64,000 nucleotides of DNA from Thecamonas trahens ATCC 50062 (Eukaryota; Protista; Apusomonadida), in assembly GCF_000142905.1 (NCBI RefSeq), contig NW_013657679.1, positions 572,114 to 636,113 on the forward strand. The letters run 5' to 3'. A program made the position numbers and the translations under genes. The notes under the pieces are model-generated. The model did no database searches, was not told the DNA's origin, and saw nothing but the letters and a program-made list of their open reading frames with translations. Of this stretch, positions 33,054 through 42,525 are shown in pieces (positions within the stretch are counted from its first letter, which is position 1; each line of letters opens with the position of its first letter).

Positions 33054-33161
33054 TCAGTTCTTGACGTTGCGGGCAGCAACGTAGTGGTAGAAGATGATGA
33101 GGCCAAAGATAGAGATGCCGAGAAAGTTGGCAAAGTAGCCGAGCTGGGTATCGGTGATCAT
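33054..33161 (-). CDS. OST4: Oligosaccharyltransferase subunit OST4 (35 aa)
   Basis: [35 protein letters not shown] matches the OST4 pattern MITDxQL..FAN.LG...L...YHY. Confidence 0.93.
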   Translation of the reverse strand: MITDTQLGYFANFLGISIFGLIIFYHYVAARNVKN

Positions 33162-33392
33162 AGCAGCTGTAAACCGTCGCCAGCAGTCACCATACGTTGC
33201 CAGTCCGTCGCAGCCACGCACCGTCACAGTTACATCGACCCATCCCAAAGCCACGACACATGTACGCCCATGACAAGCAGTAGCCACCAGCAGCAGTAGC
33301 AGCAGCAGTAACAGCAGCAGCAGCAGCCCCAACACGTCCACCAGCAGCATGCCGACCACCACGACCACCACGACCACCACACCAGCACCAAC

Positions 33393-33393
<1 letters not shown>

Positions 33394-33469
<76 letters not shown>
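33394..33469. repeat. (CA)n microsatellite
   Basis: Near-perfect CA run, preceded by CAG/CAC trinucleotide runs. Confidence 0.95.
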
Positions 33470-33472
<3 letters not shown>

Positions 33473-33679
33473 ACGTCCACACCCAGTGAGTCCCCCTCCC
33501 TTCCCTCCCTCCCCTCCCTCCCCCTCCCTCCCCTCCCTCCTCCCTCCACACACACCGTACCCGGTTCCCGAAGAGCACGTGGTGACCGTCCCGTCCCCCC
33601 CACCCACCCACCCCCCTCCCCCCACCCCCACCCCCCCACCACACACACATTGCCACCTCACTCCCCTTCCCACCCTTCC

Positions 33680-36037
33680 ATGGGTGCGTCCGAGTCCCGC
33701 GTGGCACTACGTGGCGCTGTGGTGGCTCTACTTACCCATGCCCGCCCACAGCCGAACAAGCTCCCTGCCAGCCCGGTGCCGTCGCCGCCTGGCGCCGCCA
33801 GTAAGGGATCCATGCCCACCCTGCTCGCTGCCTGTGACTCGCGGGCGGACGTCTTTGCCATGCTCACTCCGCCAGAGACACGCGAGTTGAAGGATCACGC
33901 TCCACATGTCCTCGCTGGCATGCTGGCCGCCAGTGTCGAGGTCCTCCTGGCCACACAGCTGGCCATGGTCCCGCTCGATCGCCTGGTGGCCCTCCTGGTC
34001 TCCTCCTGGGGCATGGATGCTGATGTGGCCGAGGCTGCGCTGGTGGCCGGTTCTGGATTGGCTGAAGCGGCTGGTCCGCCGGCTCGCGGTGCGCTGATGG
34101 CTTCACTGGCGCTGATTGCGCGCATCGTCCCGCTGCTGTACGAGGACGGCCGCGACGAGCTCGCGTCGCGCATCCTGTGGCGGGCCCGGTTCGGCACGCC
34201 GCTGGACGGCGTGCGGAGCTCGGGCGAAAGTGATGGCGGTCGCGGCAGCAGCGAGGAGGCTGGCATTCCCGGCGTGCTCGACGACTCGGACTGGGTCGAG
34301 CCGCCGGTCCCGTTTGGGGTTGTCCTCATCCACGCTCTTCTCGCTGCGGCGTTTGTGCCCGGTCTCGGTGCGCCGGCTTGCGCCGAGGTCGAGGCCGAGG
34401 CGTATACAGCGTGGCTGGAGGCGTGTGGCCCTGCTGCTGGACCCGACGCTGATGCCACCGTTGAAGCTGTCGGCGAGGCGCTGGCGTGGGGGAATGGGCT
34501 CGCGGCCGAGGCCGACGAGGTGCTCGAGCTCCGGCGTGGAGTGCTCGACGCCGTGCTGGCGCTCAGCTCGGCGTCGCTCTACACCTCTTCGTCTGCACTG
34601 TTCCACGTCGAAAACTTGGTGCTCCGGCAGCTGGCGTCGCCGCATGCTGGCCGGCTCACGCGGGAGCTGGTAGTCTCGGTCTACAACGTGGTGGCATGCC
34701 GCGGGCCGGCACTGACCGGCTCGTGGTCGCTCGGCTCGCTGGTCACGTCAGCGCAACTGACCCAGATGTCGGCTAGTCCGGAGCGGGCTATGCTGCGGGC
34801 AGGTATGGGCATGCTAGCGCTGCTCCTCGGCTACCTGCCGCGGGAGGACGTAGCTGCGGTCCACGGGCCCGACGCCGAGGTCGGTGTCCACTCGGGCGCT
34901 GCTGATCCGGTGCGACACAACCAGGTGCGGAAGGAGGCGAGCCGGGTGCTAGCTGGCGATGCGCAGCTGGCAGACGCGCTCCTCGCCAGTCTTGTCAACA
35001 TTGTGCACGTCTCGGCGTGGTGCGGGCTCGGCGAGTGGACCATGTTTGAGCAGGCGTTGTTCCTTCTGTGGCACTCGCTCGAGGCTTCGCCGCCGCTGGC
35101 GCTTCGGCTGGTGGAGGCAAGCACGACTGTGTGTGCGCTTGTGGAGGCGCTGGCGTCGCTGCTTCTCGCAGCACGGTCGCACGTCGACCACCACGGGCTC
35201 ATCCACGTCGGCGCCTTTGTCCTGCTCCGGCTCTCTGCCGAGCGCGGCTTTGGCGTAGCGCTCAACACGCCGTACGCCGGTGAGCTCCCGCTGGCGCTGC
35301 CTGCCTTTGACGGCACCTACGCGGATGTGCTTGTTCTCACCGTCCACACGCTTGTCCTCAGCCGCAACTCTGACATCGATCGGGTCCGTGGCACGCTCTT
35401 TACTCTCCTCGTCAACGTCTCACCATATCTACGCGGGCTCTCGGCCACGGCGGCGTCGCTTCTGGTGGCGCTGGTGGTTGGCCTCGCTAAGCCGTCGCGG
35501 ATGCTGGGCAGCCGAGCCGGGCCAGCCGATGTCATGCTCCTCCTCGAGCTCTTTGCCAACATGGTGCAGTACCAGTTTGATGCCAATGGGGCGGTTGTCC
35601 ACGCTCTGCTCGACGCCGAGGCACCGCTGGAGGTGCTGGCGGCGAGCATCGAGCCACCGGTCCATCCGCCTGTGCCTCAGGTGGCCGGGAGCAATGCACA
35701 CTTCCGGGCGGCGTGGAAAGATAGCATGCTCATTCCGCTCAGCATTGTGCTGCAGACAATCAAGGCGATGGCGCCGTGGGTGGCCGAGTATGTGGCTGCA
35801 ACCGGGAATGCGGATCCGGGCGCGATCCGCGACCTGCTGCAGGCGTCGACAGTCGTGGGCCTGCTCCCGCCTCCGCAGCCAATCATGGTCCGCCGCTACC
35901 GTCGGTCAGAGCGCAACGACCTGTGGCTTGCGCGGTTCCTCTGGTCGGTCCTCTTTCTTGCTGCCGACGACCCGCCGATGTTTATGGGCTCAATTATCCG
36001 CCTCTTCCGCTACTTTCCCAAGACCTCTGGGTTCTAG
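33680..36037 (+). CDS. HID1: HID1 (Ecm30/dymeclin-superfamily Golgi protein)
   Basis: [86 protein letters not shown]. Confidence 0.9.
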   Translation: MGASESRVALRGAVVALLTHARPQPNKLPASPVPSPPGAASKGSMPTLLAACDSRADVFAMLTPPETRELKDHAPHVLAGMLAASVEVLLATQLAMVPLDRLVALLVSSWGMDADVAEAALVAGSGLAEAAGPPARGALMASLALIARIVPLLYEDGRDELASRILWRARFGTPLDGVRSSGESDGGRGSSEEAGIPGVLDDSDWVEPPVPFGVVLIHALLAAAFVPGLGAPACAEVEAEAYTAWLEACGPAAGPDADATVEAVGEALAWGNGLAAEADEVLELRRGVLDAVLALSSASLYTSSSALFHVENLVLRQLASPHAGRLTRELVVSVYNVVACRGPALTGSWSLGSLVTSAQLTQMSASPERAMLRAGMGMLALLLGYLPREDVAAVHGPDAEVGVHSGAADPVRHNQVRKEASRVLAGDAQLADALLASLVNIVHVSAWCGLGEWTMFEQALFLLWHSLEASPPLALRLVEASTTVCALVEALASLLLAARSHVDHHGLIHVGAFVLLRLSAERGFGVALNTPYAGELPLALPAFDGTYADVLVLTVHTLVLSRNSDIDRVRGTLFTLLVNVSPYLRGLSATAASLLVALVVGLAKPSRMLGSRAGPADVMLLLELFANMVQYQFDANGAVVHALLDAEAPLEVLAASIEPPVHPPVPQVAGSNAHFRAAWKDSMLIPLSIVLQTIKAMAPWVAEYVAATGNADPGAIRDLLQASTVVGLLPPPQPIMVRRYRRSERNDLWLARFLWSVLFLAADDPPMFMGSIIRLFRYFPKTSGF

Positions 36038-36658
36038 CTGTTTGTCGGGGCCTCGGGCTTCCACACCTTTGAATGAAACAGCTCGGGCGCGAGATTGCCC
36101 GAGACCAGCTGGACGTCGGTGACAATGCCGTCGGTCAGCTCAAGTGGAACAAAGTGGTCGATGACGGCGTCGATGCGCGCGTTCTCGCCAGAGAGCGAGA
36201 CTGCAAGCAGTGTGTGTGTCGGCAGGAGCGGGCCTTGGTACAGTTTGCCCTTCAGATCCAGTTGGACTAGGGCATGCTCCGGGTACTCGCTGCTCGCACG
36301 CTCCGGATCCGGCCGCTCGGCCTTGAACTTGCCTAGCACGCCGGCGTCGCCCGTTAGTGTGAGCTTGGTATCGGCGATCTGGCACATGATGACTGGCGAG
36401 CTCTTGAGCTTGCCAAACTCCAGCGATGCCGTCGACGGCATCTCCTTCTTGCCCCGCTTCTTTGGGGTGCCCTTTGCCACCGTCGCCGCCACCGTCATTC
36501 CTTCCTTGTCACCGCCACCCGCCGTCAGCGATGCCTGCGATGCCTGCGAAGGTGGCAATGGCGACTCGTCGTCGCCGTCATCGTTCTCCACAACTGCCTT
36601 GTCCGCCGGGGCAGGCGCCGCCCTAGCCTTGGGCTTGGCCGGCGCCTTCTTGGCCGAT

Positions 36659-36690
<32 letters not shown>

Positions 36691-36933
36691 TTTCTTGGCC
36701 ATACTCGTTTTGGCCTTCTTCTTGGGCCGCCGAGCCAGAAAGTCGTCCTCATCGCTGTCCCATGCGCTGCCGCCGCTGCCGCTGCCGCCACCGCCGCCAC
36801 TGCCACCACTGCCACTGCCGTCACTGGGTGCAAAGCCCTCCGAGTCACTCCCGCCTCCACCCTCGCCGTCGGACAGGTCAGCCAGGAGAGTTGCTGCCGC
36901 CGCCGCTGAAGCCCGTCGTCTGCGCTTCACCAT
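36034..36933 (-). CDS. BIN4/MIDGET-like topoisomerase VI accessory protein
   Basis: Disordered K/A/P-rich N-terminus; C-domain [12 protein letters not shown]...[40 protein letters not shown] resembles plant BIN4 (LSGDxGAVGR..LDLKG.IY..AKIEAIM.DFI). Confidence 0.7.
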
Positions 36934-37462
36934 GGTTGTCGTCAAGTGTCGGGCCGCGGACCAGGTGCTGTGGGGGGGGGAGGTGAGAGAGAGATGACTC
37001 ATCGGTGAGATCGGAGCGAGGCAGGGGAGGGGGGTGGGGATGTGCGGGATACACACGGGAGAAGGGGCGGCTGGAGGCGTTTTGTGCTTGTGGGTGCTCT
37101 CTGCAAAGGTTGAGAGTTGACAAGACAAAGTTGCATGCGATCAGTGATCAACATGAACTTTTTTTGGATGTTCTCTTTCTTTGCACCTTGATCTCTTCCC
37201 AAGTGCTCCATCGCACACATCATGGGCCGATCCCCCCTCCCTGTCCCTCTCCCTCTCCTTCTCCCCCCTCTCCCCCCCTCTGAAGTCCACTCTCCTTTCC
37301 TCCCACCATTCTCTCCCATGCACCCCCCCCCCCCCACGTACGAGCGATCCGCGTGTCCGATCCGTCCGTCAACGCGGCACTGGCAGGAGAGGGCGAGCCG
37401 GTCTGGACGTGGCCTGTGGAGGTGCTAGGCACACACCACTCGGAGCACTCGCCACTGGAGGC

Positions 37463-38260
37463 ATGTTCCGGCTGCTTGGGTCTTCGACTTCGCGGACGGT
37501 GATGGGCGCGGGCCTGGCGCGGGCCGGGCTGAGCGGGGCGCGGGCGTATGCGGCTGGCCGGCGGCGCGGTGGCGGCGGCGGACGCGGACGTGGGCGTGGT
37601 CGCGGGCGCGGGCGTGGGCGTGGTCGTGGGCGCGGTGGCGGCGGGATGGGGCGCGGTGGCGGCGGGATGGGGCGCGGCGGTGGCGGCGGTGGCGGCAGCG
37701 ATGTGCGGCGGAGCGGGTCGGACGTACTGCCGTATCGGGTCAATGACGAGGTGGAGGCGGCGGAGGTCCGGCTCATCGACGGCGAGGGCGAGAACCGCGG
37801 AGTTGTCCCGCTGAGCGAGGCTGTGGAGGTTGCGGCTGCGGCCGGGCTGGATCTTGTCGAAGTGGCGCCGAACGCCAAGCCGCCGGTCTGCAAGGTGGTC
37901 TCGTTTTCGGAGCTCGTGGCGGCCGAAGTCCGCAAGGCTCGCGAGGTGGCCAAGGCGGCCAAGGAGGCCAAGGCGGCGAGCTCGGGCGCCGGGCTCAAGG
38001 AGATGCGGCTCACGTCGACGATCGACGACCATGATCTGTCGACCAAGATGCGCAAGATGCAGGGCTTTCTGGAGAAGGGCGCGCGTCTCAAGGTGACGGT
38101 CCAGTACCGCAAGCCAGCGCGACTGTACGATCCGGCGCCGCTGGAGGCCAAGCTGGAGGAGGTGACCGAGGCGCTGGCCGAGTTTGGCGCGCCCGACGGC
38201 TCGCTGCGGAAAGAGGGACGTAACCGGGCCATGTACTTTGCGCCCAAGGGCTCATCGTGA
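37463..38260 (+). CDS. MTIF3: Mitochondrial translation initiation factor IF-3
   Basis: RVNDEV...EVRLIDGEGENRGVV...GLDLVEVAPNAKPPVCK, KEMRL..IDDHDL.TK..FLEKG; presequence MFRLLGSSTSR. Confidence 0.9.
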   Translation: MFRLLGSSTSRTVMGAGLARAGLSGARAYAAGRRRGGGGGRGRGRGRGRGRGRGRGRGGGGMGRGGGGMGRGGGGGGGSDVRRSGSDVLPYRVNDEVEAAEVRLIDGEGENRGVVPLSEAVEVAAAAGLDLVEVAPNAKPPVCKVVSFSELVAAEVRKAREVAKAAKEAKAASSGAGLKEMRLTSTIDDHDLSTKMRKMQGFLEKGARLKVTVQYRKPARLYDPAPLEAKLEEVTEALAEFGAPDGSLRKEGRNRAMYFAPKGSS

Positions 38261-38348
38261 GCAAAGCAGTGTAAAGACGATTCGTTAACACGGTGTAACC
38301 GGCATACAAGGCGTGTTACTGGAGTGTGTGGGCTGTCTTGGAGCGCAT

Positions 38349-39197
38349 CTATCGGGTCTGCATCATCTCGGGGCTCCCGGGAGTAACAGCGATGGCCGGG
38401 GAGCCGCTGGCGACAATGCCACGGGGAACAGGCGGGCGGGAGGTGACAGCACCCGACGGATGGCGGATGACGGCGGATGTTGCGGACATGGAGGCTCTGC
38501 TGGGAAAGTCGGCGCGCGAGAGCTGGTCATCTGTGAGCGACGGGGCAGTGGGCGGTGGGATGACGACGTAGTGCTTGTGCGCGACGAGCCAGGATGCAAG
38601 CGGGTGAAGAGCAAGGAGGGCAAACGCGGTGTAGACGCCGAGGCGGGCGAGGGTGGCACGGAGGCGCTCGCGGTTGTCGCTGCAACTCTCGGGCGAGTCG
38701 ATGGCGAGGTCGCAGCGAGTGTTGGTCACGTTGAGCTCTGAGGCGTGGGCAACAAAGAAAAACGAGCCGACAAGGCCCAGCCCAATCGAGGCAGCAAAGA
38801 AGACACAGACGGCGATGAACATGCCCTTGTGCTCTTCGGCGGGCTCGGGCGAACCCAGACTCGAGGACTGTACCATGCCGCCGGCACTTGTTGCGATCGA
38901 CACGCCCGATGCGATGTTGGACATGCCCGTGGCGAGGGATTGGATGCGGAACTCTTCGCTGACGGCAGGTGGATGCGAGTCGAAGCGTTGCATGCTAAAG
39001 GTGGGCCCATCGCCATCGGTATCATTCTCGACAGACTTGCTAGCCTTGCTAGCCTTGTGGACGACAAAGCCGCCGATGGCGAGGACGAACACTTGGAGGG
39101 CGTAGAACCACGGCGAATCGGCCGTGTCGTGGCGCGGGTGCTCAGTTGCGGCTGATGATGCGAGCAGTGCGAGGCAGCAGACCTACCACGAGCGAAC

Positions 39198-39229
<32 letters not shown>

Positions 39230-39240
39230 GGGCGAGATGG

Positions 39241-39276
<36 letters not shown>

Positions 39277-39369
39277 CGAACGAGAGACAGAGAGAGAGCG
39301 GGCGAGCGGGCGAGATAGCGGGCGAGCAGGCGAGCAGGCGAGATAGCGGGCGAGCAGGCGAGCAGGCGA

Positions 39370-39445
<76 letters not shown>

Positions 39446-39670
39446 AGTAAGTAGCAGCCGATTGCGCCTTGTCTGACTCGCCCCAGCCCCACCCCTTACA
39501 CCCCTTCCTCCCTCCCTCCCTCCCTCCCTCCCTCCCTCCCTCCCTCCCTCCTCCCCTCCCTTCCCCTCTCCCCTCCCTCCCTCCTCTCCCTTCCCCTCTC
39601 CCCTCCCCCGCCTCCACCTGCGTACCAACTGCAAGGCCAAAGCTATGCCAATAAGCACATTGTTATCCAT
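38349..39670 (-). CDS. Hypothetical ~4-TM membrane protein, 2 exons (39670-39626, 39182-38349)
   Basis: A phase-0 GTACGC...TAG intron containing a CT microsatellite joins MDNNVLIGIALALQL to VCCLALLASS...; four hydrophobic segments, with a 2-Cys loop between TM3 and TM4. Confidence 0.6.
39198..39440. repeat. Compound (GA)n/(GCGA) microsatellite, intronic
   Basis: Long GA dinucleotide runs. Confidence 0.95.
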
Positions 39671-40829
39671 GCCGAGACCACTCCTGGCCCCACAGCGAAG
39701 CCGAGTCGGGTGACTGGCCCTTTGTCTAGCCATGCCTGGCCAAGGCGGTTGGCAGGGAACGGCGATGTGGCGCCAGCCGAGCACACACTGCGTCAACCAC
39801 CACCACCATCACCACCACCACCACCATCACCACCACTACCACCATCACCATCACCATCACCATCATCGGCATTGGCATCGGCCTCCTCATCTCGGCAGCG
39901 CTCGTCGGCGCCGCCGTTGCTACCGGCTTGGTCGTCCACAAGCGGCGCGAGAGCAGGCTGAGCAATGATGGCTCTGTCGCCATGCCTGCTGCCAGCACAA
40001 CCACAGACAGTGCCGGTGACTCTGGGCTCGCCGCCATCTGGGCTCGATAAGGCCGAGCTCCGTAGTCGCGTCTCGCACAACAGCTGAAAGTTACATGGTG
40101 CTGCTCTTCCCGACCTCACTTGATCCCACCACCACCACCGCCACCACCATCATCATCATCATCATCATCACCATCTCCCATCCCCATCCCCATACAGAGG
40201 ATTTCGCTATCACTCCCTCCTCTCCCTTCCCCTCTCCCCTCCCCCGCCTCCACCTGCGTACCAACTGCAAGGCCAAAGCTATGCCAATAAGCACATTGTT
40301 ATCCATGCCGAGACCACTCCTGGCCCCACAGCGAAGCCGAGTCGGGTGACTGGCCCTTTGTCTAGCCATGCCTGGCCAAGGCGGTTGGCAGGGAACGGCG
40401 ATGTGGCGCCAGCCGAGCACACACTGCGTCAACCACCACCACCATCACCACCACCACCACCATCACCACCACTACCACCATCACCATCACCATCACCATC
40501 ATCGGCATTGGCATCGGCCTCCTCATCTCGGCAGCGCTCGTCGGCGCCGCCGTTGCTACCGGCTTGGTCGTCCACAAGCGGCGCGAGAGCAGGCTGAGCA
40601 ATGATGGCTCTGTCGCCATGCCTGCTGCCAGCACAACCACAGACAGTGCCGGTGACTCTGGGCTCGCCGCCATCTGGGCTCGATAAGGCCGAGCTCCGTA
40701 GTCGCGTCTCGCACAACAGCTGAAAGTTACATGGTGCTGCTCTTCCCGACCTCACTTGATCCCACCACCACCACCGCCACCACCATCATCATCATCATCA
40801 TCATCACCATCTCCCATCCCCATCCCCAT
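39577..40829. repeat. Tandem duplication, 2 x ~617 bp (39577-40193, 40213-40829), 19-bp spacer
   Basis: Identical ORF sets offset by 636 nt; sequences match by eye. Confidence 0.93.
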
Positions 40830-40953
40830 CCCCATCCCCATCCCCATCCCCATCCCCATCACCTCCTACACCCGTCCACCCCAACCAAAGGCGAGTCAGT
40901 CACAGGCCACCTCTCCCCCACCCCACTCCCCCCCCCCCCCCCCTACCCCCACC

Positions 40954-42525
40954 ATGCCCCCACCCACATCACTACCTCAGTCTGCACCTGAAGCAGAGAT
41001 ATCCGCCTTTGAGGCTGTGGCAAAGCTCGACGCGGTCGGCCTCCGCAGGGCCTTCCACGAGAGGCGAGGTGGGCAGGGTCAGACGGGCAAGACGAGCAAG
41101 ACGGAGACGACGGCGACGAGGGTCAAGAAGGGCGGAAGGGGGTACTGGGCGGGCGTGCGGACTCGGTGCGAGAGGGAGGAGAGCCTGCTGCATGTGGCCA
41201 TTCGGCATGTCGACAACGATGGAGTGTATCCGCTCATTCTCGACTATCTGCTGGCGGAGGACGTCGATCTCGATGCCGTCACCGCTCTCGGCGACACTCC
41301 GCTACACTACGCTGTCGCCTACGCCAAGCCCATGGTTGTCAAGTGGCTGCTTGTTCACGGCGTTGATGTGTGGATCCGCAATGCGCTCGGCGAGCTGGCC
41401 GTCGATCTCTCGGTCAAGCTCGCCTCGCGCGAGTCGGGCATCGACAACGTCCGCCAGGAGGTCACCGGCCTCTTGCAGATGTGGATGCCCGAGGACAAGA
41501 CCACGCTTGTCCGCCTCGCTGCCCAGTGGAAAGACTACCTCTTTGCTACACGCTCGCGTGCTATGGCATCGCTCTGGTCGGCAGCGCTCCTTGCTCTCCG
41601 CGAGTACGACTTCTTCCGCTTTTCTGCTGCCGTCGACTCGGGCCTCGACGTCAACGAAGCTCGCGACGAGACAGGCTTGACCTTGCTCATGGCTGCTGCC
41701 CGCGCCGGCGCCTTGCGCTGCGTCACGTTTTTGCTTGAGCGTGGTGCCTCGACTGGACGGACCGACGCCGACGGCCGCACCGCCCTCCACTTTGCCATCC
41801 AACCGGCTGCCACCGACGAGCACGTCGCTGTCGTCGCCGCCCTCCTCGATGCCGGCGCGTCACCGCTCGTCTGCGATGCTGTTCTCTGTGACGATGGCAC
41901 GAAAAGCGGCGCCACCCCGCTTGCCGCTGCTCTTGCGCTCCGCGACACTCGCCCGCTCGACCGCATTGCTTCTCTTCTCAGCGATGCCGAGCGCGCCGCT
42001 GCCCGCCCGGCCGGAGGCAGCTCGCTGGCCTCGGCGCGCGGCCTTGGCCGCTCCGGTAAGCGCAACACTCCCCGGTCCAAGAGGTCCAAGCGTGCGAAGC
42101 GGAGCACGCGAGGGAAGCGCAACGTCAGCCCACGGCGACGGGTCCTCTCCCCGCACCACACGGCAAAGTCATGCCGGCGGCGGCGACGGCGCAAGCGCGG
42201 TGTGGCCAAGCCGCGACCGACCGCCGCCGCCCTCCCGCCTCGGCCCAAGCGCCGCACCGCACTCGATGCCATGGACGACGAGCTGTATGAGCAGTCGATC
42301 AAGGACAAGTTCAGCATCGGAGATCGAGTGGTTTACAAGGGCAACAAGGCGACGGTGAGGTATGTCGGCCGCCCGCTGTTTGCTGACGGCGTCTGGGTTG
42401 GCCTGGCGCTCGATGAGCCGCGCGGCCGGCACCATGGCGTTGTTGATGGCAAGCAGTACTTTCGCGCCAATGTCAACTGTGGCATTTTTGCCCAGCCAGC
42501 TGCTGTGGTCCGGCTAGCGAGCTAA
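40954..42525 (+). CDS. Ankyrin-repeat + CAP-Gly protein (CLIP3/4-like architecture)
   Basis: Ankyrin GDTPLHYA, GLTLLMAAA, GRTALHFA; C-terminal CAP-Gly IGDRV..TVRYVG..GVWVGLALDEPRGRHHGVVDGKQYF..GIF. Confidence 0.88.
   Translation: MPPPTSLPQSAPEAEISAFEAVAKLDAVGLRRAFHERRGGQGQTGKTSKTETTATRVKKGGRGYWAGVRTRCEREESLLHVAIRHVDNDGVYPLILDYLLAEDVDLDAVTALGDTPLHYAVAYAKPMVVKWLLVHGVDVWIRNALGELAVDLSVKLASRESGIDNVRQEVTGLLQMWMPEDKTTLVRLAAQWKDYLFATRSRAMASLWSAALLALREYDFFRFSAAVDSGLDVNEARDETGLTLLMAAARAGALRCVTFLLERGASTGRTDADGRTALHFAIQPAATDEHVAVVAALLDAGASPLVCDAVLCDDGTKSGATPLAAALALRDTRPLDRIASLLSDAERAAARPAGGSSLASARGLGRSGKRNTPRSKRSKRAKRSTRGKRNVSPRRRVLSPHHTAKSCRRRRRRKRGVAKPRPTAAALPPRPKRRTALDAMDDELYEQSIKDKFSIGDRVVYKGNKATVRYVGRPLFADGVWVGLALDEPRGRHHGVVDGKQYFRANVNCGIFAQPAAVVRLAS

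Noticed and set aside
39732-40604. Poly-His ORFs as metal-binding peptides
   Set aside because: Products of CAC/CAT trinucleotide runs that read as poly-H, poly-T or poly-P depending on frame; no independent support.
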